A DNA stretch of 62,367 nucleotides, filler included, from Sphacelaria rigidula (GCA_964200075.2; 10 parts of 10 records of this genome joined end to end with filler, not necessarily neighbours in it), one strand, 5' to 3'; counted from the first letter of the whole stretch, positions 12,641-25,065 are shown. Program-made: numbers and translations. Notes: generated by a model from the letters alone, not told the origin.

Positions 12641-14749
12641 GAGCTACAAGTCTTGGGTGACACAGGAGTGCCCGACGACCGAGATCCCATGTCCCCCCCC
12701 CCTCCCTGGGGCGGTCGTAGGGTTTTTTTTCTTCACATTAAGAGACATTCAATAAATAGCCATTTGGGGGCGACTTGGGTGAGGTAGCGCCCATGACTGT
12801 TGGTCCTATCTGCCACCACAAGATGCGACGCACATCGGGCACAAATTGACGGTGCAGATAGTTGCGTCTAGCTCGATTGAGCAAACATTGCAGAGCATTG
12901 TGGTATTGTTGTGGTCTTGTTTTTGTCGTGGAAGTGTGATGTGCAATGTATTGCCGAAACCCATAAATGTAACTTGGCTACGAAGGTATGCGAAAAATTA
13001 AAGCTTCATGATCACGAATCTGAATTTTTGTTTCACTTTTATTTCATTTTTCTTACTTTTTTAATTATGTGTAAGATGTAGTGATCCCCCTCCCCCTCCC
13101 CCCCCCCCCTCCCCGAAAAACTCCAGGATTCAAAAAGGGGCATAGGGTCTCGGATTGTTTTTTTTGGGCACTCTCGGATGACATTCAAATCCTATTCCAA
13201 ACGGTGAGCGATTCGAAACTATTTATCTGTAATATGCAGCAGCAGACTCTCCGTGAGGAGGGGAGGATGCAAACAAGCCAAGGCTAGCAACACGCGAAGA
13301 TAAGAGCGCAAAATGATTGACGTCCGGACCCACAAGCATGCATGCAGTTGGATTGCAAGCCATGGTGTACGTTGTATTTTGTGATCGCGGATTACCGTGT
13401 GTGTGCTATTTTCGACTTCAGATGTATGTCGTGCTATGAAACGGCAATCCTGGCATATATCCGCAACATCACTTCAAGGTGTGGTGACCACGAGTACTGT
13501 ACTGTACTGTCTGTACCTGTACTGTTGTCAGATGCAGACCCCAATCCTTTTGCCATTTTGTGCGTAATCATGTAAGCATCATTGTTATAAACGAACCATA
13601 CTAAAAATGGTACAAACACAGCTGGTAACGGCAAACTTCAAATAAACTGGATAAACTGGAGTCCTCATCACCAGTTCCAGTTAAACTCCAGTTCTAGTTT
13701 AACTGCCAGTACAAACTGGTCCAGTTCAAAGCCCTACAAATTAGCCTTTCAACAGCAAGTCCCCTTCATGTATTGAGTTGCAGAGGGCGACGTAACACAT
13801 GAAGTTCGGCTGTTGGATCTGAAGGTTTCAGCGGAGAAACCAGGACTACACACTGACCATGTATGAACAGGTCAGCAGAGCCACGGTGTTTCAACTGACA
13901 GCCTGTATACACTGAACGTAATATATACACCATGCGATTTACACCAACTCGCATCTTCGACCAAATGCTATTTTTGGCATCAATGTCACGACATTTGCTT
14001 TGGTGGCAGTCCACCATGTGCTGCTCTGTTCTGTGGAGATGTGTACAAAGGGAAAACCTCACTTATCATGAGCAAATGCCCGTTCACCCCTTGTCTTGTA
14101 GAGAACGAGTTCACCGATGAAACACGGCCGTCTTCTCACAGACGTTTTCGAGACAGAACCCCAGGGATGCGCAACGCTGCTGCTCATGGTATCCAAATTT
14201 CCGTACTTCCTCGTTCTAGCACGATGTGAGGCACGCCTTTCACTGCAGATGCGTTGTTGTGTGGCGGCCACAAGTGCTGCTGTTCGTCTTCTTGTCTTGT
14301 TATATTCGCAATGGTGGTAAACGTGGGGTGGCAGCTCGGGGGTGTGCGCTTCCCGAATAGTACAGCAGCTGAACACTGGTGCACCAAGAGTTTCCACCCA
14401 CTGATCTGGAGTGAGTTATCCGGAGGAACAATGTCATCTCCACACCGAGCACTCACAGGCTTGAAGATATATACCATGTTTATGGTACATTTTATATGAG
14501 CCAGGTCGTTGTTTCTAGGTGACGCATGTATATTTGATTGATATAATTCGCCTGATTACGGTCCAGTTCTGACGCATATAGCGTTCGTGATCCATTTTCC
14601 CGAAATATAGTACCCAAAATCGGGCCCCAGTCCCACCCATAACTGTCAGCTGGCCCAGCTCGGAGCCATCGATAGACATCGTATACCGCAACAGATTCTG
14701 GGATGCATCCATTGACAGTCAATGCCGTATATCAGTAGATTTGATAAAC

Positions 14750-16005
14750 CATCTATGCAGCACCCCACCTATGTCACACGGCGGTGCCTGCAGAAAGTCA
14801 GTGTCGCGTTGACACTCGTGTGCGGCGCTCGACGGGGGGAAAATATTGGATCATGTTCTATACGAAATGCAGGGTCCACCACCACTCCAAGATGGCAAAC
14901 ATGAAAAAGTTTATTATCGAAGATTTGTCCCACGTCAAACACCAGCACACGACCGTTCATAACATCCAAGCGCACTTTTTTACATAAATGGTCCTGGTGG
15001 TAATCCACACCACTATGATTGCCGTAGCTTACTTCACTGACCAAATCACTCCTAGGTTGGACATCGACGGGCATGCCCCGTTCTAGCACATGCAGCGATA
15101 TATTATCTTGAGGTAAACCCTTGAGGTGACGGATCCATTGGCAAACACTTGGACGTCTACTTGAGATGCAAAGGAATCTCGCCCTATTCGCTTGACGAAA
15201 CCCTCAACATCGCCGTCAAACGCATGCAACATGGCAAAGGTTACATCCGCAATTTGAGGCGCGCTACCGCCCGCATCCCAGTCAAGTTACGCAATTGCTT
15301 CACTGAGTGTTTTATACCACCCGCGGCAGTGTCGAAACTTGTCATCGTCACACACGTCCAATATACCAGAATCAAGGTGAGTCGTAGAACCTGACACCAG
15401 CATCTCAGTGTCGCGTTCGCCTCGCTGCCGTCCGAGAGCACAATGTGCCAACTCCCGCAACCTCCATCCTATCCTGGCACGTGCGCAGTCCGATGTTCCT
15501 ATCCTGGGTTGGCCCCGCCGTGAGGTGAAGCTCGTCCCCTTAGCCCGGCCTTCCTCCTCGCGCCGCCGTACCACCGCCCTCGCTTCCACCACCCTGACCC
15601 GCAAACCGCACGCGCGGCGTTGAAGTCTGCGAGGGAGCAGGGGAACCTGCTACCGCCGTTATTCCCGGGAGCCGGGACCCCGGCGTCGGGTGCGCAGTTC
15701 CCACTTGATAGGCCAGCACCGCTGCCTCTATCCCCGTTGACGGTGCTGGAATTTTCACCCCCTCCAATTCGTTGCACGTCGTGACTAAACCGGCATTTGT
15801 CACCCCGCCAGCAGTGCCCCAAGTCGAGGAAAAGTAAGCGCGGCTGACTTCGCCGCATTCGTTTCACCGCCAATTGCCCGCTTCCTCGGGTAGCGGTGCC
15901 TCCAGCCACTGCTCCACGGCTGCCGGCGCCGTTCCCCACCCCACCATCACCATTTTTACTTCCCGTTCTCATCCCTTTCAACGCGTCAACACACCCCGCT
16001 CTCAC
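14750..16005 (-). mobile_element. Decayed DIRS/Ngaro-like (tyrosine recombinase class) retroelement fragment: CCCH zinc-finger ORF plus RT N-terminal region
   Basis: HCWRGDKCRFSH is a partial CCCH finger. It is followed by YGNHSG..KKVRLDVMNGRVLVF..HLGVVVDPAFRIEHD..SVNA(frameshift)TDFLQAPPCDIGGVL, resembling the start of a DIRS-type RT. Frameshifts and stops are present; no YR domain is seen. Confidence 0.6.
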
Positions 16006-16149
16006 CGTTCTCAGGGCGTCGCCCCCGCTTTTGATGTACTAGCGTAGCTGAGGAAGGTCGGGAACAGGCGGAAATGGTAGAATGGCGGCGGTCGGCGGCG
16101 GAGAATGATTATGGGCGTATATATGCCGCATACCTTGGACAGAACAAAA

Positions 16150-16475
16150 TGTTTTCAATATATATTTGTCGATCATATTGGAATTTGGCGATATTTTGTC
16201 GGCGAAATATATACTGGTACCCTTGGACTGCGCACGTATTGCGCATGCAATATATATTGATGTGGGGCTGCAAACATTTTGTCCGCCCAATATATGTTGG
16301 TACTGTGGGGTTGAACACATATTATCCCATCAATATACATTGAGGCAGTGTGGGCGACAGTATATTGCACGACCAATATATATATTAGGGTCGCATCGGT
16401 GAGAACATATTGACCGGTCAGTATATATTGGGTCTGCGTGGGTACCAATGTATTGGCCGGTCAATATTTATCAGA
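16150..16475. repeat. Degenerate array of hairpin units, period about 43 bp (ATATTG-N6-CAATATATATTG core)
   Basis: CAATAT-like cores at 16205, 16248, 16288, 16331, 16374, 16419 and 16462 (spacings 43, 40, 43, 43, 45, 43). Confidence 0.8.
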
Positions 16476-17099
16476 TATTTTTAGTGTGGTGTACAGTTGA
16501 AGAAAGACCCAGACGCGCTGGATGCCGGAACCCGTGCAGATTAGGAAAAGCTTCGAAGGGAGCCGCAGAAGTTCGCGTGCATTGCTACGAAGAGTTGTCG
16601 AATGCGTTTGATCTATATATATATGTCTAAGTAAGAAAACGTGTGAACGCTCCCGTGCAAGCGGGTCAAATAGACCTACTCTTGAAACAGTACACTTCAC
16701 AAAACCCATCAGCTGTACTTCACCCTTCGACATCTTTCATTTTCGAAAGCTTGATGAGACAGTGCAATGTTTTTCCATCACCGGTCACCATCGACGAAGG
16801 CGAGATTCGACCTTCGACCCAACCTCTGAGTGCCTGAAAGTTTGCGCGTGATAGGCGAAATGCGGAACCCTGATCGTGAATGTGACACTTGAATTGTGAA
16901 AGACGGAAATTTGATTGTGAAAAACGGGAACATGCATACACGAATATACAGGAGATGTCACACTTGTGTGAACGACCCAACTTGTCTGTAGTGTTTGAAA
17001 GTTTGCGCGTAATAGACGGTAGTGCCCGCTTTCTGTTCCGGTCAACTCCCACGACCTTCTCCTGTGTCTTGCTTTCAGTCTTCATTGTTTACCATCGTA

Positions 17100-17680
17100 A
17101 GCAAGGTCAAGGTGGCGTACTAAAAACAAATGAAATATAAAACTTCTGTGTGACCCCGGCTGGTGCGCCCACATATATATATATATATATACCGAAAGGT
17201 GTAAATCGGAGCCATGCTATTGAATGATTGATTATGTCACATTAAAGCTATGGTAGAAGTTCACTTTTTTGGCGAAAATGTTTCTCGGGGTGTTGGACGG
17301 GTCACTTTGAGAATCGGCATCATTTTATCTTGAGAAGGACTGAAAATGATGCCGATTTACGTAACGTCCCCTGCGTATATTTCAATGTCCGGTCCCCGGA
17401 TATTTCGATTGCACAGTGAGCGGTAAAAAATAAAGGCAAGCACTGCAGAAGGAAGGTGGGGTACTAAAAATAGATGTAGAAAAGGTTTCTATGTGACCCC
17501 GGCTGGTGCACCCACCCACCCACACATATATATATATATATATAAGGTGTACACCGGAGCCATGCTATGGTAGAAGTTCACATTTTTGGCGAAAACGTTT
17601 TTTCGGGGTGTTGGACGGGTCACTTTGAGAATCGACATCATTTTATCTTAAAAAGGACTGAAAATGATGCCAATTCAAGT
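17100..17680 (+). repeat. Local tandem duplication (about 340 bp offset) of a SINE A 3' end plus adjacent sequence
   Basis: TGTGACCCCGGCTGGTGC..(AT)n..GGAGCCATGCTAT..GGTAGAAGTTCAC..GGACTGAAAATGATGCC occurs at about 17149-17355 and 17492-17675. Confidence 0.85.
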
Positions 17681-17744
17681 CTTGACTTTGTGTATTTGTT
17701 GGCATGAAGTTTTTTTTACGATAAACGTCTTCCTCTCACACCAT

Positions 17745-17935
17745 GCCCAGCAGTGGAAAGCGAACATGTCATGGGTCCACAAAAATCGACTACGAGGGAA
17801 AGGGACTGCTGAACTCTTCTCGCGATAAAAGATGAAGGCAAGCGCTGCAGTGAAAAAAAATAAAAAAGAGCAAGCTCCTGTGTGACCCCGGCTGGTGCGC
17901 GCACATATACTTATACCGAAAGGTGTAGACCGGAG
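17745..17935 (+). mobile_element. Headless copy of SINE family A
   Basis: GCCCAGCAGTGGAAAGCG..AAATCGAC..GAGGGAAAGGGACTGCTG..GACCCCGGCTGGTGCG..GAAAGGTGTAGACCGG matches the SINE A body. Confidence 0.8.
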
Positions 17936-18135
17936 CGATTGCGAAGGTTTACATTGATTTTTCGTGAGTTACATACATAGTGGGAGTGTGACCCCGATTG
18001 TTTCGCGAGGGTTTTATCGTGTGCTTTTACGTTTCCGTCTTTGCTTTCTGCGATTGTTTGCGAACAGTTTTTTCAGCGAAAGCGTTTTCCCATCAGACTT
18101 TTTTTCTCGTAGTGGGCTTCAGCCCATGTGGTCCG

Positions 18136-18491
18136 TCGTAGCCTCCGTATATGTAGTCGTGTACTTGTTCCTGTCCTGAAAAGTACAGCTTTTTTCGTCA
18201 AATGTCGTATACGTTGGATCGGATTTCAACCGACGGTTGTACATGGAGATTTTTCTGTTTCGTAAGCAAATTATCAACTTCTGGAAAATCGTAGCCTCGG
18301 CATTTGTAGTCGTGTACTTTTCACTGTCCTGAAATGTATAGTTTTTTTGTCAAATGTCGTATATTTTGGATCGGATTTCAACCGACGGTTGTACATGGAG
18401 ATTTTTCTGTTCCGTAAGCAAATTATCAACTTCTGGAAAATCGTAGCCTCGGTATTTGTAGTCGTGTACTTTTTATTGTCCTGAAAAGTAT
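18136..18491. repeat. Tandem repeat with a 152-153 bp unit, about 2.3 copies
   Basis: TCGTAGCCTC unit starts at 18136, 18289 and 18441 with near-identical units. Confidence 0.9.
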
Positions 18492-19142
18492 ACACCTACG
18501 GATTTAAGCTCTGAAAGCAATATTTCATCGACACAGACGAGTTGGGCCGTGATCCGCATATTGTATTAATCGTCCAATCAAGGAGAAGGTGCCCATCTGC
18601 TCAATAGTTTCGGCCCATATCTTCTCGTTGATTAAACCCCANNNNNNNNNNNNNNNNNNNNNNNNNNNNNNNNNNNNNNNNNNNNTTAATTAATTAANNN
18701 NNNNNNNNNNNNNNNNNNNNNNNNNNNNNNNNNNNNNNNNNCATGGGCACAACCGGTTGCGAGTCCCGAGCATTTCGAACAAAATGAATGGAATTTCGAT
18801 GGCCCGTTGAACCTCATAAAAACGTTTAACCTCAATAACGATTCCAGGCTGTTATTTGGTAGGTGTCTAACATCCTTTGTTCTCATGTCCCTCTCTCCCT
18901 CCTCATATATATATATATGTATATGTATACTTATATCATGTTACAACAACACGGCCGCCTTACTGCTTCGCTCGGGGTATTTTTTTTATCGTCTTATTCG
19001 ATCTCCTTTGACCTCCCGCTGCGTTTGACGTGAATTTTTTTAAAACTAAATATGCGAAATAATCTACCCGACGGGCCCTGCTGGTACAGCTGATGATCCG
19101 GTCGTAAAAAACCCTTTTGGGACGGGACGGGACGGCCATTAG

Positions 19143-19270
19143 CCTTTAGACCGCGATGCGGGTAACCCGTCTGTATCACGCGTACTTCTTTCAAGTGAAT
19201 ATTGATGTCAATCCAGCAGGTGGCGTACCTCTCGCGGTCGAAGGGTTAACCCTTAGAAAGCGAGGGTCGC
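19143..19270. mobile_element. piggyBac-like MITE variant (19143-19245), followed directly by the start of a second element sharing the TTAA
   Basis: TTAG-CCTTTAGACCGCGA...TCGCGGTCGAAGGG-TTAA-CCCTTAGAAAGCGAG. Confidence 0.7.
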
Positions 19271-19860
19271 CTCGGAATATTATCACAGGCTGGCATTCCG
19301 GAGACATTGGGGGGTTTCCAGTGGCCGGGGGATGTGGTTTTTGAGGGGGGGGGGGGGGGTCTGTCCGCAGNNNNNNNNNNGGGGGGGGGGGGGGGGGCGG
19401 GGTGGGGGTGTGGGGGGGCGGGGGGGGTTGTGTTTGGGGGGGGGGGGGGGGTGTCTGTCCGCAGAGGAGTCAAAAAGCTCATCTAGTCAACCATGTGTGT
19501 TTGGGAGTTTCCCGCAGAAAATTATGAGCCATGCACGAGGCCCGAGAGGCACGGGATGCCCATTCTGACCAATCACGGTCGCCAAAATGAGCGCGTTTTC
19601 CCGGTTCGGGTGGACTGAATTGGACTACTTCGCTGTCTACCCCCACGACTCATTTTGGTCATGGGAAATCAACTGTAGATTACACGCGTACAAGTTACTT
19701 GTTTTGTTTTCTGCTTTGTGGTCTACGCCGCCTGCCTGACCCCTCATGTGCTGGCAGCATAGCTTCACACTGTCCATAGTGTTGTTGAGCACTAGGCAGA
19801 GGCATCAGTAGCATGCAGTAAATTCTGTTCAGTGGAGAGCGATGGCACACATATACTGTA

Positions 19861-20201
19861 GCCGTTCGCCCCGGTGGCTCAGTTCGAAATCTTTTGACGG
19901 TTGGGTCGTGGGTTCAAATCTCGGAGCGATTTGGGATTTTTTCTCAAACCGTGCCCAACAGTGGAGAGCGACCATGTCGTGAGTACACAAAATTCGACTT
20001 AACGGTCGACGAGAGAAAGGGACAGCTGCACCCCTCTCGCGATAAAAATTAAAGGCAAGCACCGCAGAATGAAGGTGAAGTACTAAAACCAAATAAAAAA
20101 AAGCTCCTGTGTTGACCTTCCTCCTGTGTGACCCCGGCTGGTGCGCCCACATATACCGAAAGGTGTAGACCGGCGTCCAAAATAGATGGGGCGACAACAA
20201 C
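19861..20201 (+). mobile_element. tRNA-derived SINE family A, full length
   Basis: Head GCCGTTCGCCCCGGTGGCTCAGTT (A box) and GGTTCAAATC (B box). The body is shared with 41526-41893 and ends in a (CAA)n tail. Confidence 0.85.
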
Positions 20202-20864
20202 TGTCTCTTGTCGTTGTTTCCGGTGAAGATATACAGCACACATACATACCAACTCTGCACGAAATTGACGGCAGGTTCAAAGCTGGTCAGGGGTTCTCCG
20301 GGACTATTTTCTATATAGATGACAAATATCCACATGTTCATCGAAAATAATTTTTGTGTAGCGAGAAAAGAGCAGTTCTGAACCCCAAATATGGCAAAGC
20401 TCAACCCAGTCCACCTACGGGGGGGTCGCTGTCTAACACTTAACCAGGGCTGGGAACCTGGTCTGAACGCAGGGTCAATTTTTCAATCAGGGTCGGTTTC
20501 AGCCGTTTTACAGTAAATATTAATACCGATTCAGAATAGGCCCTCATTGCTGGGTGGTCGACTCTGGTCCCAAAGGGATTAACCCGTTTGTGATAAGATG
20601 GGGTGTGCACGCAGGGGCCGTTTTGTGAATCGGCGTAATTTTCGAGGTGGGTTTTGAATGGTTGACACATTTTACAACCAACCCGAATCCTAAAACCCGA
20701 ACCCTAACCCGAGGCATACCCAGGACCTCGGGCAAGGGAGGTAGGTGCATAGGGTTCGCTAGGCAAAGTGTGGCGTTGGTAGATCTCGAATCGGCACCTG
20801 TGGCCGATTTGGACAAAAACGCGCTCTCCGCAAGCTAGGAGCACACGGCACTGTAAAGTTTACT

Positions 20865-21182
20865 CTTTTTTTTTTCATGTGTCGCACTTTGAACCCCTCC
20901 CCTTTCCCGTCCGTGGTCTCAAGGGATCAACCCATCTCTCCCCGGTACACGCCTCACATTTTGGTCTCGCGGATTGGGTCATGGCTATCAGCACTCCCGC
21001 ACCGCGTCAACTCACGCCAAACAAATTCAGCCGTCTACTCTCTGTTTTCTCACGTTCTCACGCTTTCCACGGTGGAAATCAGATACTAAAAAAAAAGAAG
21101 AGAAAAAACATATCGCGATTTGAACCCTCGTCCTCTCTGCCCTAATGGCGACAGTCGGACCATTACACCACAGGGGCGCGGT
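20865..21182 (-). mobile_element. tRNA-derived SINE family B, full length
   Basis: On the minus strand: TGGTGTAATGG (A box), GGTTCAAATC (B box), a body matching 58541-58853, and an A-rich tail. Confidence 0.85.
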
Positions 21183-21636
21183 ACTGTAAGCTCCACTAAA
21201 AATCTAACTAGCGTTCTTCGCACTAAAATCACGTCATTTTAGATTGTAGCCCAACTCCGGTCAACTCCACTGCCTTTCTGTTGTTTTCAAGTAAAAATGG
21301 TGCGGATTTCACAAAAACAAGACGTGAACACCCCTATGTTTCTGGGAGTCCGGTCCCACAGCGTTTAGGGTTCGACTCCGAATCTGGACACATGTTTTTT
21401 TTTCCTTTTCCTTTTTTTTCTGAGGAGTGCTTGATTCCGCTATTGAAAATCGTGGGGGCGGGTGCAACGGAGAACATTGAAGAAGGTCTACTTGGTGCGG
21501 GAGGGTTAGTTCCCGACTCGCGATACGCTACCCGACGTGCATCCGCGACGGGGGGGGTATGGGGGGAATCATGCACGCTCGCCAAGCAACATGTACGCTT
21601 GCCAAAGTACGCTTTTGGATCAATGATTGATCATCC

Positions 21637-21790
21637 GGGGGGAGGGGAAGGGAGCGCACTCATTTATTGCTCGCCTTAGTCGTTTGACCATTGACCACGC
21701 ATTCCTTTCGAGATGGAGCACCGTTTTTACTCCTAATAGAGACACCTCCAGCATTTCGGCGCTCATGACGTTTCTTCCATACATGACACA
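21637..21790 (-). mobile_element. 3' terminal fragment of the non-LTR family
   Basis: Reverse complement of GGAAGAAACGT..TGAGCGCC..CTCGAAAGG.ATGCGTGGTCAATGGTCAAACGACTAAGGCGAGCAATAAATGAGTGCGCTCCC. Confidence 0.85.
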
Positions 21791-22165
21791 ATCCGGGGGG
21801 CGGAGGGGTCGAAGAGTACGGTCGATGAATACGATGAGACGAAAATCGACTGTCAACGATTAACCCGCAATAGAATTTATCCGCAATACAGGCAGCAGTT
21901 CATATTGGGATCGTATCCTCACCCAAAGTATCAGGCACGGTACCTGCTGGCCAAAAGAAGAGGTATTCCCTCGAGAGACCACAAACTCGTATCGAGAAAG
22001 GAGAGGAGATGAAAATAGTTTTTTTATGAGTGTGATTGAAGAATAGAAAATTATAGATTTTACTTTAATACAAATTTAATTTGTGTGTTGTTTGGGAGTT
22101 GTTGAGGTTGTTGGAGGCGCATTATTTTTTTTTTGGAAAAGGGAACACAATATATCATAGATATA

Positions 22166-22750
22166 CTTCCTCTGTGCCATAAGTAAAGGTCCTTATGGGG
22201 TACAAATCATATCTCGCCAACCTAGTCACTCACGATACTACCGATAGGCTTGTTGAAAAGCTATGGATTTGAGGATACCTCTAGGAAAAAAAAGAAGTTG
22301 AATCCGATTCGTAATTACTGAGAAATAGTGTGTCGAATATTGGGAATTTTGTCGGGTTTTCTGGGATATATTTGAGAACTATTATGAGAATTGCCTCGGT
22401 TTTAGTGTGGGGGTTCACTAGTATACTGTTTTTAGTATGGGGGAGCGTCATGGGTCGTTGAGTAGAGGGGGGGGCTAGGTTTGGGGTCAGGGATAATTCT
22501 TGGTTTTTTCCTCTTGTTCTTTTCAGTGCCCCGCCCTGGACGGGGGCAAAATACCTGCAAAATACGGCTTTTTTCAGGCCGACTGGTTTTTCCTCGGCCG
22601 CTCATGCACGCGGGGTGGTGCGTGCAACAAAAAAAAACGGACTTTAACAAAAAAAACTGCAAAGATTTCGAAAAAATGGTCGCCGGCGGCATCGGACACC
22701 GCTAAAGGTCTGTGTAAACATAAGGACCTTTACTTGTTGGACAGAGGAAG
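22166..22750. mobile_element. Stowaway-like MITE, copy 3
   Basis: TA-CTTCCTCTGTGCCATAAGTAAAGGTCCTTATG ... CATAAGGACCTTTACTTGTTGGACAGAGGAAG-TA. Confidence 0.9.
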
Positions 22751-22900
22751 TATGAAATCAAAATAAATATATACCATTTCTGAGGTTACCACTCTCCTCA
22801 TTCGCTGTTGCTTCATCACCTCTCAGCTCCCCCCCCCCCTCCCCTGTCCACGGCTGCGTGCTTGATCCGTTATGATGCAATATTTGACTTTTCCCAACAG

Positions 22901-24163
22901 GTGGATAAGATGTCTGGTGACCGGAAAATTTTCCCCGAAATCATGGAAGGCAGCATCAAGGCTGCCTTTGGAGTTCCCAGACCGGAGCTTCTTGAGGTAC
23001 CCCCCCCCAAAAAACAAACAAACGCTGTTGTGAAAACGAATTAGAATTTAACACCGTTCAGCTCCCGTAGTGCACATGTACCAATAGAAGAGGACGAAGA
23101 GAACGTAGAAAATATATCCACTCTAGAGTAATCATGTGCCGAACATACGTGGAGTATCTGTTCACTTCAGGACGTCTAAAAGCCCAACAGACGAGAACAT
23201 CTGCTCACCCTAACGTAGAAATAAATATATGTGCCGAGCGTACGTGAAATATCTTCTCACTCTAGGACGTATGTGCCGGCCATACTTAGCATATCTGTTT
23301 ACTGTAGTAAGCCGTACTGTAGTAAGCTACGTGTCGGCGAATATCTTGCAAATCACCTGTCAAAATGTCATGTTCCAATTCGGTGAGGGTGGCTCCGCGT
23401 GACCATACTCGCATGTATTGTTCCGAAATCGTTCGGCATACAAACTTCACTCATCATGAATATAATACAAGGAGTACAATCTTTCGGCTATAAGTATTGA
23501 TCGCCGATGAGTAAGAAAATAAGACCGTCATTGCTTTTTTGCTCGCTCGCATCAAGAGATCAGACACGCTCAGAAACTGTGGTCAAATTAAATTCGATAT
23601 TATTTTTATTTTTAATGGAGAGTTTTTAGGATAGCCAACAGAAGATGTCGATCGATAACGGAAAAGTGTTGAAACGGAGACGATAGTTTCGCGACACCGT
23701 TCTGGTGGATTGCATCACCGGATGGCTTGGCGTGACCGCCCTAACAAGTCTACAACAACGATGTGTGGAAGACGCATATTTGCAATGACATATCAGAGAC
23801 TGAGGCCACACATGTATGAAGAACCAGAGCAAGCAGGTACAAGGTAGGAACGGTCCGAAAGGACCAGATAATGCCAACGATACCATACAATTTGGGGTGA
23901 TGTCAGGAAGAGCCTGATAATTAAGACGGACCGCCATTCCCCGAGGAACTGGTCGCCTCCTGGCGACCACTTCTCGTCTAACCCACTTCTTGCCTACATA
24001 TTACAAGAGGGAATCATCGCCAGCCACAAAGTTCCTTCGGCATCAGGACGACAGCTCCAACGACAGTCTCCCCCTTAGGTCTCCGTCTACCCTAGCGATG
24101 CGCCTTCCTCACATATATGCCCACGAGCCGGGCCAGGCAAGAGTACGTGTGAATCTCGCTCAG
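22901..24163 (+). CDS. Two candidate exons (22901-22996, 24047-24163) of an unidentified gene, possibly a GH38 alpha-mannosidase C-terminus
   Basis: Exon 1 is AG/GT-bounded, phase 0 (VDKMSGDRKIFPEIMEGSIKAAFGVPRPELLE). Exon 2 reads ..STLAMRLPHIYAHEPGQARVRVNLAQ and needs a GC donor. The likeness to the GH38 LLRL.HI motif is weak. Confidence 0.35.
23105..23310. repeat. Degenerate minisatellite, unit about 42 bp
   Basis: ATGTGCCG..CATACGTG.A.TATCTG.TCACT.TAGGACGT units at 23134, 23229 and 23271, with a decayed unit in between. Confidence 0.65.
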
Positions 24164-25065
24164 GCAACGCACGGCGCGATATTAGGAGTTGGACGCTGAA
24201 ATTTTGACAGCAGCTTTTTATGAGCGAAATGCAGAAGATCACGTCAGCAGCAAAGAAAAATGAAAGAAGTTGGGGACATTTGAAATTTTAGCACCAACAA
24301 GATAATGTCGTAAGTCCAGCAAAAAAAGGAGAATCTGCAGCTGCTCACGTGAAGTATCAGTTCCCTGGGTGCAGAAGGTCTACCTGAAATTCCAGCTCAA
24401 CATTGGTCGAGTTGGGCCATGCGTTCAACATTTTCCGTGACGCTGCTGCACCCCTATAAATCAAGTGGTGGGAGACTCCAATCATGGAGGTCATGAGTTC
24501 GAATCCCAGCATATTCTCTTCTTTTTTTGTTCCCATTATGCAGTACATTTTTTTCCCACTTTTTGCTTTTATTCAGCGGCGGTGCCGTGTGTTACCAGGT
24601 TGGTATACACTTGACAGTGATATGCTTACATCGGGTTCATTCGGGAAAACTGGGAAAGCTGGGGTGTGAGCAAGTCATAGCCGCTTTTAAGCTGGCCCAG
24701 CTCGTATTGTAGCTCGCCGTTATTCAGTGCCGTAAAACATATGACCATCTGACCCAATATGGATTTGTCGGCCGACTCAATCTGTACCTGATTTGCGGAG
24801 AACATGATATGGGTTCTCTACACGGTTTGGACAAATCATCACGACTCAAAATCACCAAATTCACGATTTCTTCGGCCTGATTGCCAAANNNNNNNNNNNN
24901 NNNNNNNNNNNNNNNNNNNNNNNNNNNNNNNNTTAATTAATTAANNNNNNNNNNNNNNNNNNNNNNNNNNNNNNNNNNNNNNNNNNNNCTTCTCATGCAT
25001 CCCTTCTCACTCCCCACCGCCGTGTGAACTACCCCCCCCCCCCCCCTCCCCTCCCGCGCCAAAAG

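Noticed and set aside
16150..16475. CRISPR array
   Set aside because: Repeats are degenerate, linkers are only about 14 nt and resemble each other (TGTGGG), there are no cas genes, and the context is eukaryotic.
19345..19465. Direct repeat GTCTGTCCGCAG around a 10-N gap
   Set aside because: Most likely a scaffolding overlap of the same sequence across a low-quality poly-G region.
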